DNA from: Octopus sinensis
Lineage: Eukaryota
Assembly: GCF_006345805.1 (NCBI RefSeq)
Contig: NC_043002.1
Location: forward strand, 109,492,001 to 109,556,000
Length of the DNA stretch: 64,000 nt
Direction of reading: 5' to 3'
The position numbers were made by a program, and so were the translations under genes. Position 1 is the first letter of the stretch, and each line of letters starts with the position of its first letter. The notes under the pieces are model-generated. The model was not told where the DNA came from. It made no database searches and worked only from the letters and a program-made list of their open reading frames with translations. Positions 13,728 through 26,720 of the stretch are shown piece after piece.

Positions 13728-14265
13728 TTGAAGGCAATTCTTTAAGGACAAGCTCTGCGTGTCCCAGCAATTCACACACAGACTTTCATTAAACTAAAAC
13801 GAAAGTGTGGTGCTGGGTTTTTAATGAAAACCACTTCCGGTCTGGAACTTGTAGCTTGCCTATTTCTACTTCCGGTAGAGTGCATCATCACGACCGGAGC
13901 TGATGGTAGAGATGTGTGGTGGTGGTCGTGGATGGAATGGAATATATTTGTGTTTGTAAATGTGGTGTGGCTTGAAATAGGTTTGGTGTAGATATAAAGG
14001 AAGTTAGAAGGGGGGGAATGTGTACAAGAGGTGGTGGTGGGGGTAAAGACGTGTGGTGGTGTGAGGAAATCTAATCAGTAAAAACAAGGGAAGACAACTA
14101 GGGGAAGACAACGTTGGTAACGGTGAAATCAGTTAAAATGAGTGTTGGGGGTGGGGGAGATGAGGTAAAAAAAATGAGCAGCGATTGGATGCCGTGAGGA
14201 GAAATATCTAAAATGAGAATTCACTGGCAGCAGACGATGTGTTCGTGTGGACATATCTGAGCATT

Positions 14266-14319
<54 letters not shown>

Positions 14320-14334
14320 TGTGTTGTGTGTGTT

Positions 14335-14335
<1 letters not shown>

Positions 14336-14370
<35 letters not shown>

Positions 14371-14655
14371 GAGAGAGAGAGAGAGAAAGGGGAGAGAGAG
14401 AGAGAAAGAGAAAGGGAGAGGGTGAGAAAGAGAGAGGGAGAGGGAGAGAAAGAGAGAGGGAGAGGGAGAGAAAGAGAGAGGGAGAGGGAGAGAGAGGGAG
14501 AGAGAGGGAGAGAGAGGGAGAAGACAGGGAGAGAGAGGGAGAGAGAGGGAGAGAGAGGGAGAGAGAGGGATGATAGGTGGGAGAGGGAGAGTAGAGAGCA
14601 GAAGAGAGAGAGAAGAGGAGAGAGAGAGAGGGAGAGGGAGAGAGAGAAATATAGG
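14336..14655. repeat. (GA)n / GGGAGA polypurine tract
   Basis: Direct. Confidence 0.95.
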
Positions 14656-14787
14656 GAGAGAGGGAGTATCTTTCTCTGTGTATATGTATGTACACTCAGC
14701 TATATGCGTCCTTGTATGCTCGTACATATTTGCATGTGTTTCTTTCTGTTTATGTATATAAATAAATTCACCTACACGTATTTGTAC

Positions 14788-14828
<41 letters not shown>

Positions 14829-15017
14829 ACACACACACATACACACACATACACACACGCATACACACACATATACACACACACATACACACATATACAC
14901 ACACACACACACACTCGTATATAGCTGAATTGATGATATCAATGTATATGTGCATGGGTGTATATGAGTGTGTGTGCATGTATGTATGTATATATTTATA
15001 TATATGTACATATTTCT

Positions 15018-15055
<38 letters not shown>

Positions 15056-15151
15056 CTGATGTAATCATGTGTAAGAGTGTATGTCTGTTATTATGTATGC
15101 TATATATATATATATATATATATATTATATTATTAATATATATATATGTAT

Positions 15152-15955
15152 ATACTAGCAGTATCACCCGGCGTTGCTTTAGAATTGGAATTTTTGCAAA
15201 GTAAAAATTTGCATTATGTAGCTTGTTTATTCTCTTTAAGTGAACATTTTTCTGGTTTGAAATACACCGAAAAATGCGACACAGCAGTCAAAAACTGGTA
15301 AAACATAGGGATTTTCATAGAAAAAAAAAACCTTTTTTGATGTAACTAATTTTTGGTGTTAACATGATCCGATTTGAATTTTTTTCTTCTACGAAGGAAG
15401 AGCCAGCCTTCTTCTATCATACTCTCAATTTTGGTCAAACTTGCGCCGCAGGGTCTCGGAAAAAGGGATAGTGTTAGTTGAAGGCTAACCAAACTTGCCA
15501 TACACCAGACAACTTCAGCTTTTATATATAGATTAATTGGTATGTGTTCACAAAGTCCAAACGATTAATACGAAAAAACCCTCCAGGCACATCCCGAAAA
15601 TTCATTTTTCTTTGCCGAATTTCTACAATGTTTACGGCGATTCGTTTTTATATCTTGATTTTTTTAAATTTTCATGCAATTTACGCATGCTTGCACGTGT
15701 GGTGAACACAGTTCACGTCAAAACAGCTGACTGAGTAAAGTCACTATTCAATGCAGGGATAAGGCCTAAACAAACACATTATTGATTTTTGCACTTGCGA
15801 GATGAATTTCGGAACAGAAATAGCGCAGTTCAATTTTCATTCGCCTAAACTTTAAGTGACCCATTTTTGTGTGGTTCTACGATTTGTTGGCTAGGAAGAG
15901 ATGTGCCGGGAAGTTAAACACACAGACACACAAGTTGAGTTTTATATATATAGAT
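15152..15955 (+). mobile_element. Non-autonomous Helitron/Helentron-like elements (two 3' ends)
   Basis: Starts tactagcagtatcacccggcgttgc, as at 60272. Ends ...cttttatatatagat (15533) and ...gttttatatatatagat (15955). Confidence 0.55.
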
Positions 15956-15959
15956 TTAT

Positions 15960-16505
15960 ATCAGGTCACTTTCGAGTGCTACTGGTAACATGTAACCCAA
16001 TACAACCTGTTGTATGGTCGGGTCGTCGGCGACTAAACCGGCAACCCCAACCAAGCTTGCTTGGTGAGAAGGGTGTTTATTAGATACCCTGCGGGATGAA
16101 AAACAAAACCCGTCAAAGGGCGGAACTCTTGAGAGTCAACGGCCATCCAATAATTGTCTTAAGGCTGTATTATGCGCGGGGACATAGAAATAATCGGACT
16201 GAATACCCGATCGCGCGGTTAAACCATTGGGAATGAAGGACCCCCAGCCTTTGTTAGGACATCCTTCTAGGAGAAGGTAACTCAGGTAACTGGGATGACT
16301 CCGACATAAAACCTGCGGCACAGTGGTTACCGATAATGTTGACTTGTTCTTCTTTTCGGATTATGGCTACTGCTACTTAGTGAGTGGGATTGACTCAGTG
16401 CACAGCCTTGCCTCACTTAAAAAAAATTTCTTGCTCAGGCGTTGCACGATAACAACATTGATTAAGCTTCGTGCAATGGCCATACTCGATAACGAGGGGG
16501 CAGCC

Positions 16506-16508
<3 letters not shown>
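15960..16508 (+). mobile_element. Probable RTE-type LINE 5' UTR fragment
   Basis: catccttctaggagaaggtaactc resembles RTE 5' UTR motifs; no ORF. Confidence 0.35.
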
Positions 16509-16546
<38 letters not shown>

Positions 16547-16614
16547 GCGCATATATATATATATATGATTGATGTAACTATATGTAAGAGTGTGTCTGTT
16601 ATTATGTATGCATA

Positions 16615-16695
<81 letters not shown>

Positions 16696-16696
16696 A

Positions 16697-16727
<31 letters not shown>

Positions 16728-17435
16728 CATACATATATATATATGTGTATATAGTAAAATCTGTTCGCCAACATAAGTAGCAGTCCTGCTTAGGACGATG
16801 TTCTTCTGTTTAGCCTCAGGAGAACATCTGTTCCAGCTGACTACCAACACATCATCTATGTCCGTATACTGCGAGCAACAGAGTTAATGCTCCCCCCCTC
16901 CAGCCTTAGCGATAGCTGCAGACCAATGGTTTCTGGATAATTTCCCTTCCTCGGTACAAGACAATCGCTGGCTAGAGATGGCAGCCACTCGATCTCGCTC
17001 ACAGTATATACTTTTAAATTGACACACAATCACTGACCTCGTAAAGAGAAAAACATCTAGTTTTAAATCTCTTAGCTAGAAATATGTAGTAACAAGAGCA
17101 CTCAGAGAGCGCAAACCTCTGCCAAAGCAACACCAATGTCTTCTCAACAATTAGCTGGAGAGGATTTTTAAAATGAGGATATCTGAAATAAACTCGACTG
17201 CTCCTACAAACGAGAATACTAAAAATGAACCCGACCGCTCCCAAAAATATAAACCAGAATCCTTGTCCGGTACGAGATCTATCCCAAAATCTAATCAATC
17301 CGTGCCAGTTACGAGGCCAAACATCCCTGAAAGTTTCATGCGAAGCCATCTGGCGGTTCTTGAGATATCTTGTTCACGGACCTCGCTCAGAGATTTAAAA
17401 CTAGTTTCTCTTCATACATACATACATGCATACAT

Positions 17436-17580
<145 letters not shown>

Positions 17581-17697
17581 TATATATATGTATATATATA
17601 ACGGGAAGCTTTATGAAAATAAACAAAAGACGAAGCAGGTGGAATACAAACAAACAATTGTATTAGTATGGCGCTCAGGAATATAAATAAAACAATT

Positions 17698-17734
17698 ATT
17701 TTACATTTCGAGCCTACTCTCTTCAACAGAAAGA
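17698..17734 (-). ncRNA. Minimal hammerhead-like motif (A6U family), degenerate
   Basis: rc TCTTT CTGTTGA A GAGA GTAG GCTC GAAAT GT A AAAT; lies in a repeat at ~17600-17745. Confidence 0.45.
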
Positions 17735-17793
17735 TACACACATATATATAATGGATGTAATTATATGTACGAGTGTTTGTGTTATATGTATGC

Positions 17794-17839
<46 letters not shown>

Positions 17840-18134
17840 AATGATTAAAGAAGTGGAGTTAGATAATCACATACATTAACTTAGAGCTGTTAAAACTATA
17901 AACAGCTGCAAGCTAATCCATCTGATAATCTAATTCCTAATATTTTGCCGTTCATGTATTAACAGATATTGTATTCTCTACTTATATTCTGGTTTATATA
18001 AAAGGTGGGAGGTGAGGACGTCCGTGATTCACACCTCCTCGTCTCTAGAGATTAGTAATACTGAGCGTTGTAAGTCCTTTTAGTTTTAACTAGTTATAGG
18101 CTTTGTTATAGCTAAATACGATTTATACATACAA

Positions 18135-18165
<31 letters not shown>

Positions 18166-18177
18166 TACATGGGTGGA

Positions 18178-18543
18178 AGTACTCCGTCGGTTACGACGAC
18201 GAGGGTTCCGGTTGATCCGAATCAACGGAAGAGCCTGCTCGTGAAATTAACGTGTAAGTGGCTGAGCACTCCACAGACACGTGTACCCTTAACGTAGTTC
18301 TCGGGGATATTCAGCGTGACACAGAGAGTGACAAGGCCGGCCCTTTGAAATACAGGTACAACAGAAACAGGAAGTAAGAGTGAGAGAAAGTTGTGAAAGA
18401 GTACAGCAGGGATCACCACCATCCCTGCTGGAGCTTTTAGGTGTTTTCGCTCAATAAACACTCACAATGCCCGGTCTGGGAATCGAAACCGCGATCCTAT
18501 GACCGCGAGTCCGCTGCCCTAACCACTGGGCCATTGCGCCTCC
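18178..18543 (-). mobile_element. tRNA-derived SINE (Nin/Deu-like)
   Basis: Copy of the 9336/58561 family. Confidence 0.85.
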
Positions 18544-18779
18544 ACACACACATACATATGACAATTTCTACGTAAGAATAGATAAAGGAAGCAGAGGCTT
18601 GAGGTCAGTACAGACAGTTTTACGAAGTATAGCCTCTCAGACATCACTTGCTAAACAATAGCAGCAAAAATAAATACATTAACTTAACAACCATCTAATC
18701 GCTTTTTCAACGCAGGTCACAAAATCTTCCGGGGTAAACTACACACACACAAAAACTTATTGTACAGTTCTATGCCCAC

Positions 18780-18853
18780 GGACATATGGCGTAGCAGTGT
18801 TTAAGAGCGCGGGCTACTAACCCCAAGATTCCTAGTTCGATTCCAGGCAGTGA

Positions 18854-18857
<4 letters not shown>
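18780..18857 (+). mobile_element. Short tRNA-like SINE head with (TAA)n tail
   Basis: A-box-like tggcgtagcagtg, anticodon-like arm gcggg-ctactaa-cccca, T arm cctag-TTCGATT-ccagg; (TAA)n at 18858-18937. Confidence 0.6.
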
Positions 18858-18928
<71 letters not shown>

Positions 18929-18937
18929 TAATAATAG

Positions 18938-19385
18938 CAACCATACTCTGGGATATGCCGATACACACAGATAGAGAAATTAAGGCGAACAGACCAGATA
19001 TAGTTGTCAGAGATCATGAAGAAAAAAATGCTTTCCTAATTGATGTATAATAACCGGAGATGAACAACGTGTCTCTAAAAGAAATGGAGAAGCTTTCAAA
19101 TACAAAGACCTAGAAATAGAGGTAACCAGAATGTGGAATCTAAAAACAGAAACAATTCCTATCATAGTAGGTGCATTAGGCATGATAAAAAAATATTCAG
19201 ACAAATACATAACAAAAACACCAGGACTTACAAACACAGGTAACATACAGAAAATTGCACTACTAGACACTGCACACATCCTACGTAGAACACTTTCCAT
19301 ACAATAACCATCAGAGCATCACAACAAATCACAGCACATACCTAAGGCACACAGAGCTGCGCTCGGTAGTGAAGTTTTAAGCACG
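18938..19385 (+). mobile_element. R4/Dong 3' fragment (REL + 3' UTR)
   Basis: REIKANRPDIVVRD...KYKDLEIEVTRMWNLKTETIPIIVGALGMIKK...LLDTAHILRRTLSIQ*; between TAA arrays. Confidence 0.85.
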
Positions 19386-19402
19386 CTATAAATATAAAAC
19401 TA

Positions 19403-19489
<87 letters not shown>

Positions 19490-19605
19490 GATGATGATGA
19501 TGATGATGGTGAGGATGATGATGATGACGATGATGATGATGATGATAATAATAATGATAATAATAATGATGATGATGATAATAATAATAATAATAATAAT
19601 AATAA

Positions 19606-19637
<32 letters not shown>

Positions 19638-19701
19638 TGATGATGATAACAATATCAAAAAATAACTTAGGAATGAGAACCCAGGTTCGAAATTTTCCCA
19701 A

Positions 19702-19747
19702 GACACCTGATGAAGGCAGGAGGGTATATCAGCCGAAACGTTGTGTT
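19702..19747 (+). ncRNA. Minimal type I hammerhead ribozyme motif, intact core
   Basis: GACAC CTGATGA A GGCAG..CAGCC GAAAC GT T GTGTT: helix I, canonical core, helix II (one mismatch), palindromic helix III (AACGTT), GUU site. Confidence 0.65.
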
Positions 19748-20095
19748 AATAACAAACAAGGTGAGGACAAATATCCGTCTAATGTAAATAATGTAAACTT
19801 ATTGTACTTTACCACTCACCTAAAAAAAAAATGAACCAACGCAGAGTACAATACAGGGAATCAACGTAAAGTACAATTTGCTAAGTAATAAAACAACAAG
19901 CGTCATAAATTGTCTTCGGAGACCTCGGCCAGCTGGTGGAGCAAGGCTGCAAGCTTTGTTATCCAGTTGATATAGCCGGTAATTCAGGATATGAAGGGCA
20001 AGAGCTTGTTTTGGTGAGGCACAATTGGGAACTTTGAGATGTTTGAGGTCTGCCTCGATTAGAGTTGCATTGATGATGATGATGATGATGATGAC

Positions 20096-20126
<31 letters not shown>

Positions 20127-20268
20127 TCGATGGTTTATGTTTCTTCTCGCACGTAACGTGAAACTCTAGATATATCTGCAGTAAATCAACAACTTCGAAC
20201 GAACGAATAGACCAGATCATGTATTGAGCACTCACCCGTCATTTGCATCTTCAAACAAATTTTATATA

Positions 20269-20314
<46 letters not shown>

Positions 20315-20461
20315 ATTATATATATATAGATATATATATATACTATATATATGTATGTATGTATGTGTGTGTATGTGTGTGTGTATAAATATATATATGT
20401 GTGTATAAATATATATATATATATATGTATAAAAAAATATATACATACACACATGATATAT

Positions 20462-20521
<60 letters not shown>

Positions 20522-20581
20522 ATATATATACACAACCACACGCACACACACACAGCACATACTACATATATATATATATAT

Positions 20582-20790
20582 GCGTGGTGTGTTTGTGTGT
20601 CTGTGTTTGTCCCCTAGCATTGCTTGGCAACTGATGCTGGTGTGTTTATGTCCCGTTACTAGCGGTTCGGCAAAAGAGACCGATAGAATAAGTACTGGGC
20701 TTACAAAAGAATAAGTCCGGGGTCGAGTGCTCGATTAAAGCGGTGTGCTCCAGCATGGCCGCAGTCAAATGACAGAAAAAAGTAAAAGAG
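20582..20790 (+). mobile_element. CORE-like SINE, 3' half
   Basis: Matches the 3' half of the 4377 family. Confidence 0.75.
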
Positions 20791-20828
20791 TAAAGAGTAT
20801 ATATGTACACACATACATACATATACAT

Positions 20829-20859
<31 letters not shown>

Positions 20860-21272
20860 CATATATATACACACATATGCCATGCATTCTTGCATCTAAC
20901 ATACGAGACACTCATTGCATTCTCTCCCGTCCACCATCAACCCCTTTTGTCTTTCACACACACACACACACACACACAGACAGAACACACACACACGCAC
21001 ACACAGACACACACACACACACACTCATGTCTTAATCTCTTCCCCCATTCCATCCCTACTTCGCCTTCTACTCTCAGTCTCTTCCTCTTAACATCTCTAT
21101 TCCATGTGATGTGTCACTTGGTGATGGATGGGGCTATTGGGGGTAGGAGTGTCGGTGATTGATGTACTGATGATGATGATGATGATGATCATCATCATCA
21201 TCATCATCATTGTGGTGATGGGTGTTGGTGATGTTGATGGTATTGTTAGTGGTTACGGTGTGTTGGTTGTTG

Positions 21273-21304
<32 letters not shown>

Positions 21305-22547
21305 GGTGTTCGGTTCTTTATTGCTTCATCAGTGATTGCTTTCGATTTGATTAGGACGATTTCATCTCACTTCAATATTTCTCTCTCTCTCTCTATCCCA
21401 CCTCTCTCTATCCCCCCTCTCTTTCCTTTCCATCCTTCTTCCTGCCGTCAGCATACTAAGCCAGCGCTTATTACACCACCAGCACCACCACCAGCACCAC
21501 CACCAGCACCACCACCAGCACCAGTACTGCCACCGCCGCCGCCACCGTCGCATCACAAAGCCACAGTATGAGGTAGTGATGTAGAGGCAGAAACGTACCA
21601 CGTTTTAATGAATGGTCTTAGAGACGGTGGTTGCAGCAGGGTTGGTTGCAGCTGTGTCTCCTCCCTGCAACAAGCCGAGGAGTGATGTGAATGTTAAAAG
21701 GAGGCGGTGGCGGGGATTCAACAGTTTCATTCACTGCTTCCCCAGTCCACAGTTTGAGTATTCTGTGTAAATATACACACACACGCGCGCGCATGTGTGT
21801 ATGTGTATGCATATATTTGTATGCATGTATATATGAATGTGTGTATTCATGTGTATATATGTGTGTATATATATATCTATATATATATATATATATATAT
21901 ACAATACATATACAATAATATATATATATATACATACATACATTATAATATACAATATATATAAGATATATATGATCTAATATATATAATAATTATGTAT
22001 ATATCTGCATGTTATATATGTGTGTGTGCGTTACATATGTATAATATTATATAAATGGCGGTGCCCCCAGCATGGCACAGCTCATGGGCTGAAACTGAAT
22101 CAATCAATCAATAATATATATATATAATATATATATATATATTTTTATATATAAGTAAAGCGTACTAGCTATCTTAATATGGCTAACCACTAGGGGGGGG
22201 GGGGGGGGTTGTACTGTAGCTTTTTAGCCCAGGAGATCATCGTCTCCAGCTGGCTTAGACACAATCCTGTGCCTTTAATGATATTCGCAAAGGAGGTCAT
22301 CCCCTCTCGAAAATCTAAGTGATACCATCGATTGCCGTTTCGAGATTATTGTCTCTTGTCAACACACGCTAATCACGGGTTTTCGATAAGAGAGACCTGT
22401 ATCTATTTAATGTTTTTCCAGTAACCACTGTCACTGATTTCGAAAAACGGTCTGAAAGCGAGATGTAAACAGTAAGCGCTCGACAACGTAAAGTATACTA
22501 GCCATCTTAATATGGCTAACCACTAGGGGTGGGGGTGTTATTATATA

Positions 22548-22780
22548 TATGAGGGCAATTCAAATATTATACGCACTCTTGTTTCTGTAATTTAAGGAAA
22601 GCAGGGTCTGAACAATTACATTCTTTTTCGACATACTTTCTCTGCTTTTAGATGCACTTCTTCCAGTGGTCCACAAGTTTGCTTATTTCCATCGGAGAAG
22701 AAGGTTTATCGGCTGGTCGGGTAGCCATTGATGCACCGTTTCCTGCACCGACGACCTCGTAGAGAATATTTGATCGGTTC
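22548..22780 (-). mobile_element. mariner transposon 3' remnant
   Basis: rc gives VQETVHQWLPDQ..FFSDG..KLVDHWKKCI across frameshifts (mariner C-terminus); TA-gagggcaattca TIR-like end at ~22548. Confidence 0.7.
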
Positions 22781-23261
22781 AAAGAAATGAAAGTGAGAAG
22801 GGGTGAGATCTGGACTGAATGCATCGAAACCCTACTTTTCAATGGTTTCGACGGAGGGGACGGCTATATGTTCTTTCTTGGTGCACACTGCTAGCGATCC
22901 AAGGCAAGAAAGAAAACTGGAGCGGTAAAGGTCAAGCCTCGGTTGCATAACCACAAGTGTACCACCTTTTAGCACGTGGATGCTGAAGGCAGTGTGGCCA
23001 ACCCAGAAAGTTTTGGCGTAAACGCAGATAATTTTGACTTCCCTTGTATGCACACACACGTATGTATGTATGTATGTATGTATGTATGTATGTATGTATG
23101 TATGTATATATATATATAATATATATATATATATTATATATATATATATATTATATATATATATATATATAACGGGAAGCTTTACGCAAAATAAACAAAA
23201 GACGAAGGAGGTGGAGGTAAAACAAACAATTGTATTAGTATGGCGCTCAGAATAGAATAAG

Positions 23262-23299
23262 TCTTTTACGTTTCGAGCCTACGTTCTTCAACAGAAAGA
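23262..23299 (-). ncRNA. Minimal hammerhead-like motif (A6U family)
   Basis: rc TCTTT CTGTTGA A GAAC GTAG GCTC GAAAC GT A AAAGA; perfect 5-bp helix I. Confidence 0.55.
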
Positions 23300-23514
23300 T
23301 ACACAGAAAAGAAACACGGAGAGAAACAAGGAGAGAAAAAAATGAAATGCGTGCAGGAGCTAACGATTCAACATGGCGGTCTGATTTCAGCCAGAAGTCA
23401 GAGATCAGACATTAGACGCAAGAGGGATAGTAGGGGAGATAACAGGGTCAAATGATTCGCCCCAACATAAGGGGGCGTGTGTGTATGAGAGAGTATGTAT
23501 GTGCGTATGAAAGG

Positions 23515-23553
<39 letters not shown>

Positions 23554-23611
23554 ATGATAGATCGCTAGCCGCTAAACCTTTTCTTTATTTTCTCTCCCTG
23601 TTTATTTGTGT

Positions 23612-23650
23612 TCCTTCTGTGTGAAGAGCGTAGGCTCGAAACGTAAAATA
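23612..23650 (+). ncRNA. Minimal hammerhead-like motif (A6U family, 1-nt insertion)
   Basis: CTGTGTGA A GAGC GTAG GCTC GAAAC GT A AAATA. Confidence 0.45.
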
Positions 23651-23737
23651 CTTTCTCATTTCTCGAGCGTTAAACTAATACACCTGTTTGTTGTTTACAC
23701 ACCCGTCTTCGTCTTTTGCTTTTTTTTTGTAAATTCT

Positions 23738-24037
23738 CATGGCTCAGTGGTTAGAGCATCGAGCTTATGAACATGAGGTTGTGAGTTCGATTCCCGGACC
23801 GGGCTGTGTGTTGTGTTCTTGAGCAAGACACTTCATTTCACGTTGCTCCAGTTAACTCAGCTGTAGAAATGAGTTGTGACATCACTGTAGCCAAGCTGTG
23901 TCGGCCCCTTTGCCTTTCCCTTGGTGAACATCACTGGTGTGGAGAGGGGAGGCCGGTATGCATGGGCGACTGCTGGCCTTCCCCAAACAACCTTGCCCGG
24001 ACTTGTGCTCGGTCGGTAACTTTCTAGGTGCAATCTC
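23738..24037 (+). mobile_element. tRNA-derived SINE (second CORE-like family)
   Basis: atggctcagtggttagagc A-box, gagttcgattccc B-box, cttgagcaagacacttc core. Related to 41459 and 43325. Confidence 0.75.
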
Positions 24038-24192
24038 AATATATATATATATATATATATTATATAAATAGAGAGTGTATTTTTACCTGTTAACAATTAA
24101 CACGGATAAAAAAAAATAAATAGTTCCATGGAATATGTCGAAAGAAAGTAAAAATATTTGATACACCTGCGTTAAACTCCATTTATTTATTC

Positions 24193-24248
<56 letters not shown>

Positions 24249-24255
24249 CTATATA

Positions 24256-24291
<36 letters not shown>

Positions 24292-24299
24292 TGTGAGTA

Positions 24300-25400
24300 T
24301 GTATAATTTAACAGAATGAGATAAAAATCCAAGGCTGTGAAAGATTTCAGAACATTTATAAATAGAAGGTCTTACAGCTGTTTCCGGGATATTTTATATA
24401 TCCCTTCATCGGAGACGGTGTGAAAATATGGTCAAGCAATTGTTATTCTTGAGTGTGAAAATATGGTCAAGCAATTGTTATTCTTGATAAGATATGAAAT
24501 AGAGAGTGAATTAGAGGAGTGAAAATAGACGTGAGATATGCAGGGATATTGTATCTGCAGTTCCATTATTTAGCCAGAATGGTATATATATATGTAAAGG
24601 AGTGTAAAGGAGGGTAAAGGAGTGTCAGGCATGTAGTGATAGAGCCTAAGTGAGGGGCAGAGAAAGGTGTAGGGGTAGTAAAATGGTGGAATGAATAATT
24701 TGGGAATATAGTTTAGGTTGGTTAGAGGACAGGCCAGTGCTTAGTAGTAGAAGAATATATATATGTGAAGATGTATATACATGCATATATTATACATGTC
24801 TACAGATATTTATACACATCAACACCTATATATATATGTATATATATATATATATATACACACATACATACATATATTATAAACGCGTATGTGTGTGCAT
24901 ACAAAGGAAGTCAAAAGCGAGCATTTGTTAAAAATCTTGTATTTGTGGTTTACGGGGAAATGCTTGTCTAAAAGAAAGGAATTTCTTACCTACGTTAGTA
25001 TTAACATTAAGGGGGAAGGGAGCAAACCATATTTTTCTAGGTCTATTTTTACGAATCGAATTTTTACTTGAAGGATTGTAATATGTCTTGTATTTGAAGC
25101 CGCTGTTAGCTAGGTCATTGTTATAGTAGGAGGCTGCCTTATCAAATATTTCTTTAGAAGAAGAAAGATTAGATATCCTATTACCAATGTTAGCTATTAG
25201 GTTTTTAAACACCACAGGGGTGAGAGGACTCTTTGTGAATGTAGTAAAGTTTCTCGTTTATGATACGGTTTATAAGAACGGAGCTTAGAACTAGGGAAAC
25301 ATCTAAAAAAATCGACTTTTGACAGATCAGTAGTAACAGTAGTTTTGAGGTCTAATTGACTAAAGGTACCCATGAGTGTGACCATCACAGCCATGAGATA
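24300..25400 (-). mobile_element. Penelope-like element remnant (RT C-terminal region + 3' non-coding part)
   Basis: ORF 24928-25215 RISNLSSSKEIFDKAASYYN..RKNRPRKIWFAPFPLNVNTNVGKKFL is typical of PLEs; hammerhead-like motif downstream on the same strand. Confidence 0.8.
24369..24416 (-). ncRNA. Minimal hammerhead motif with U4C change
   Basis: rc GTCT CCGATGA A GGGATAT ATAAA ATATCCC G GAAAC AGCT GT A AGAC; palindromic helix III ACAGCTGT. Confidence 0.6.
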
Positions 25401-25613
25401 TTTCTAACGTGATAGAGTATGGATTAGCGAGTGTTTCACTAGCGCAACCCTCATCAAGCAGAAAATTGAGAAATAGCAGTCACGTTTTCCTCGATTAACA
25501 ACATATCTTTTAGAAAGAGGGAAGGGCATATTTCACAATGTAGGCTTGGACGCCACTGGGACGTTTTTGCAACAAAATCAGTGTTGTCGTACGGTTAGGC
25601 TGCTCTTACTACT

Positions 25614-25705
<92 letters not shown>

Positions 25706-25715
25706 CACCACCACC

Positions 25716-25759
<44 letters not shown>

Positions 25760-25980
25760 CAACACTACTACTACTACCAACACTACCGCACCACCAACGC
25801 CAGCACCAATGGCAGAGAATATTTGGTTCAAATAAGAATAAGAGAATAAGAATAAGGTGAATGAGAAATGCGAAGTTAAAGGAATAACCACGGCGGAGGC
25901 ATTGAAAATGTACGACACAGTGACTGACAATGACTGGCGGAAGATATTTGAGAGGAAGTGAAGAGAAAGTTGTTACTTAC

Positions 25981-26094
25981 CCAAGAAAATCCAACACAAC
26001 CAATGGCATCTGATAACATGTCTCCGATAATAGACGGGTAGGAATTACCTGAGGGAAAGTAAGCGTGGAAGTTCGGATGTTGCCAATGCGTGAT
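25981..26094 (-). CDS. Tdc: Tyrosine decarboxylase-like, coding exon 2
   Basis: Reverse complement reads tttag|ATC ACG CAT TGG...TCT TGG|gtaagt = ITHWQHPNFHAYFPSGNSYPSIIGDMLSDAIGCVGFSW (114 nt), in frame with exon 1. HWQHP/GNS/GFSW match invertebrate TDC better than DDC (HWHSP) or HDC (HWQSP..ALNS..GFTW). Confidence 0.93.
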
Positions 26095-26442
26095 CTAAAT
26101 GGTAAGTGGAAATCAAATAGAAGTTTTAGAATACAACAACAACAACAACAAAACACAAGAACAAGAACAATAGCAGCAACAACGGTAATAACCAGTGTGC
26201 AAATCCTAAAACAGTATGGAACGAAATGCATTATGGTAGCTTATTAGATTAGTGTACGTTTTTTGGAATCAGGCCCCATGGATGTCAACTTAGCCTTTCG
26301 TTCATTCAGGGATCGATTGAATAGTAGACCCATCAAGACTGGTAGACCTAATCCGTAAAACTCGATTTAAAACTATCATGTGTCTTTTGGGCTTCGTAAA
26401 TTTATAGCCGTGTCACTTTGATGGCATTCGCTGCTCTCACTC

Positions 26443-26489
<47 letters not shown>

Positions 26490-26499
26490 GAAGAAGAAG

Positions 26500-26720
26500 A
26501 ATAATGGCTTCAAATTTTGAAACAAGGGCAACCATTTTTGTGGGGAGGAGATAAGTCAATAACATCAACCCCAGTACGCAACTGGTACTTAATTTATCGA
26601 CCCCGAAAGGATGAAGGGCAAAGTCAACCTCGGCGAAATTTGAACTCAGAACTTATCGACAGGCGAAATACCGCTAAGCATTTCGTCCGGCGTGCTAGCG
26701 ATTCTGCCAGCTGCCTGCTT
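26500..26720 (-). mobile_element. Meta-like SINE
   Basis: rc head-core-tail. Confidence 0.75.

Noticed and set aside
18780-18857. Functional tRNA gene
   Set aside because: Poor acceptor stem pairing, unusual ACT anticodon with short variable region, and runs straight into (TAA)n; better explained as a SINE head.
21725-21780. Possible Tdc exon 3 (rc ..TQTVDWGS..)
   Set aside because: Lacks AASPACTELE and suitable splice sites; coincidental DW.
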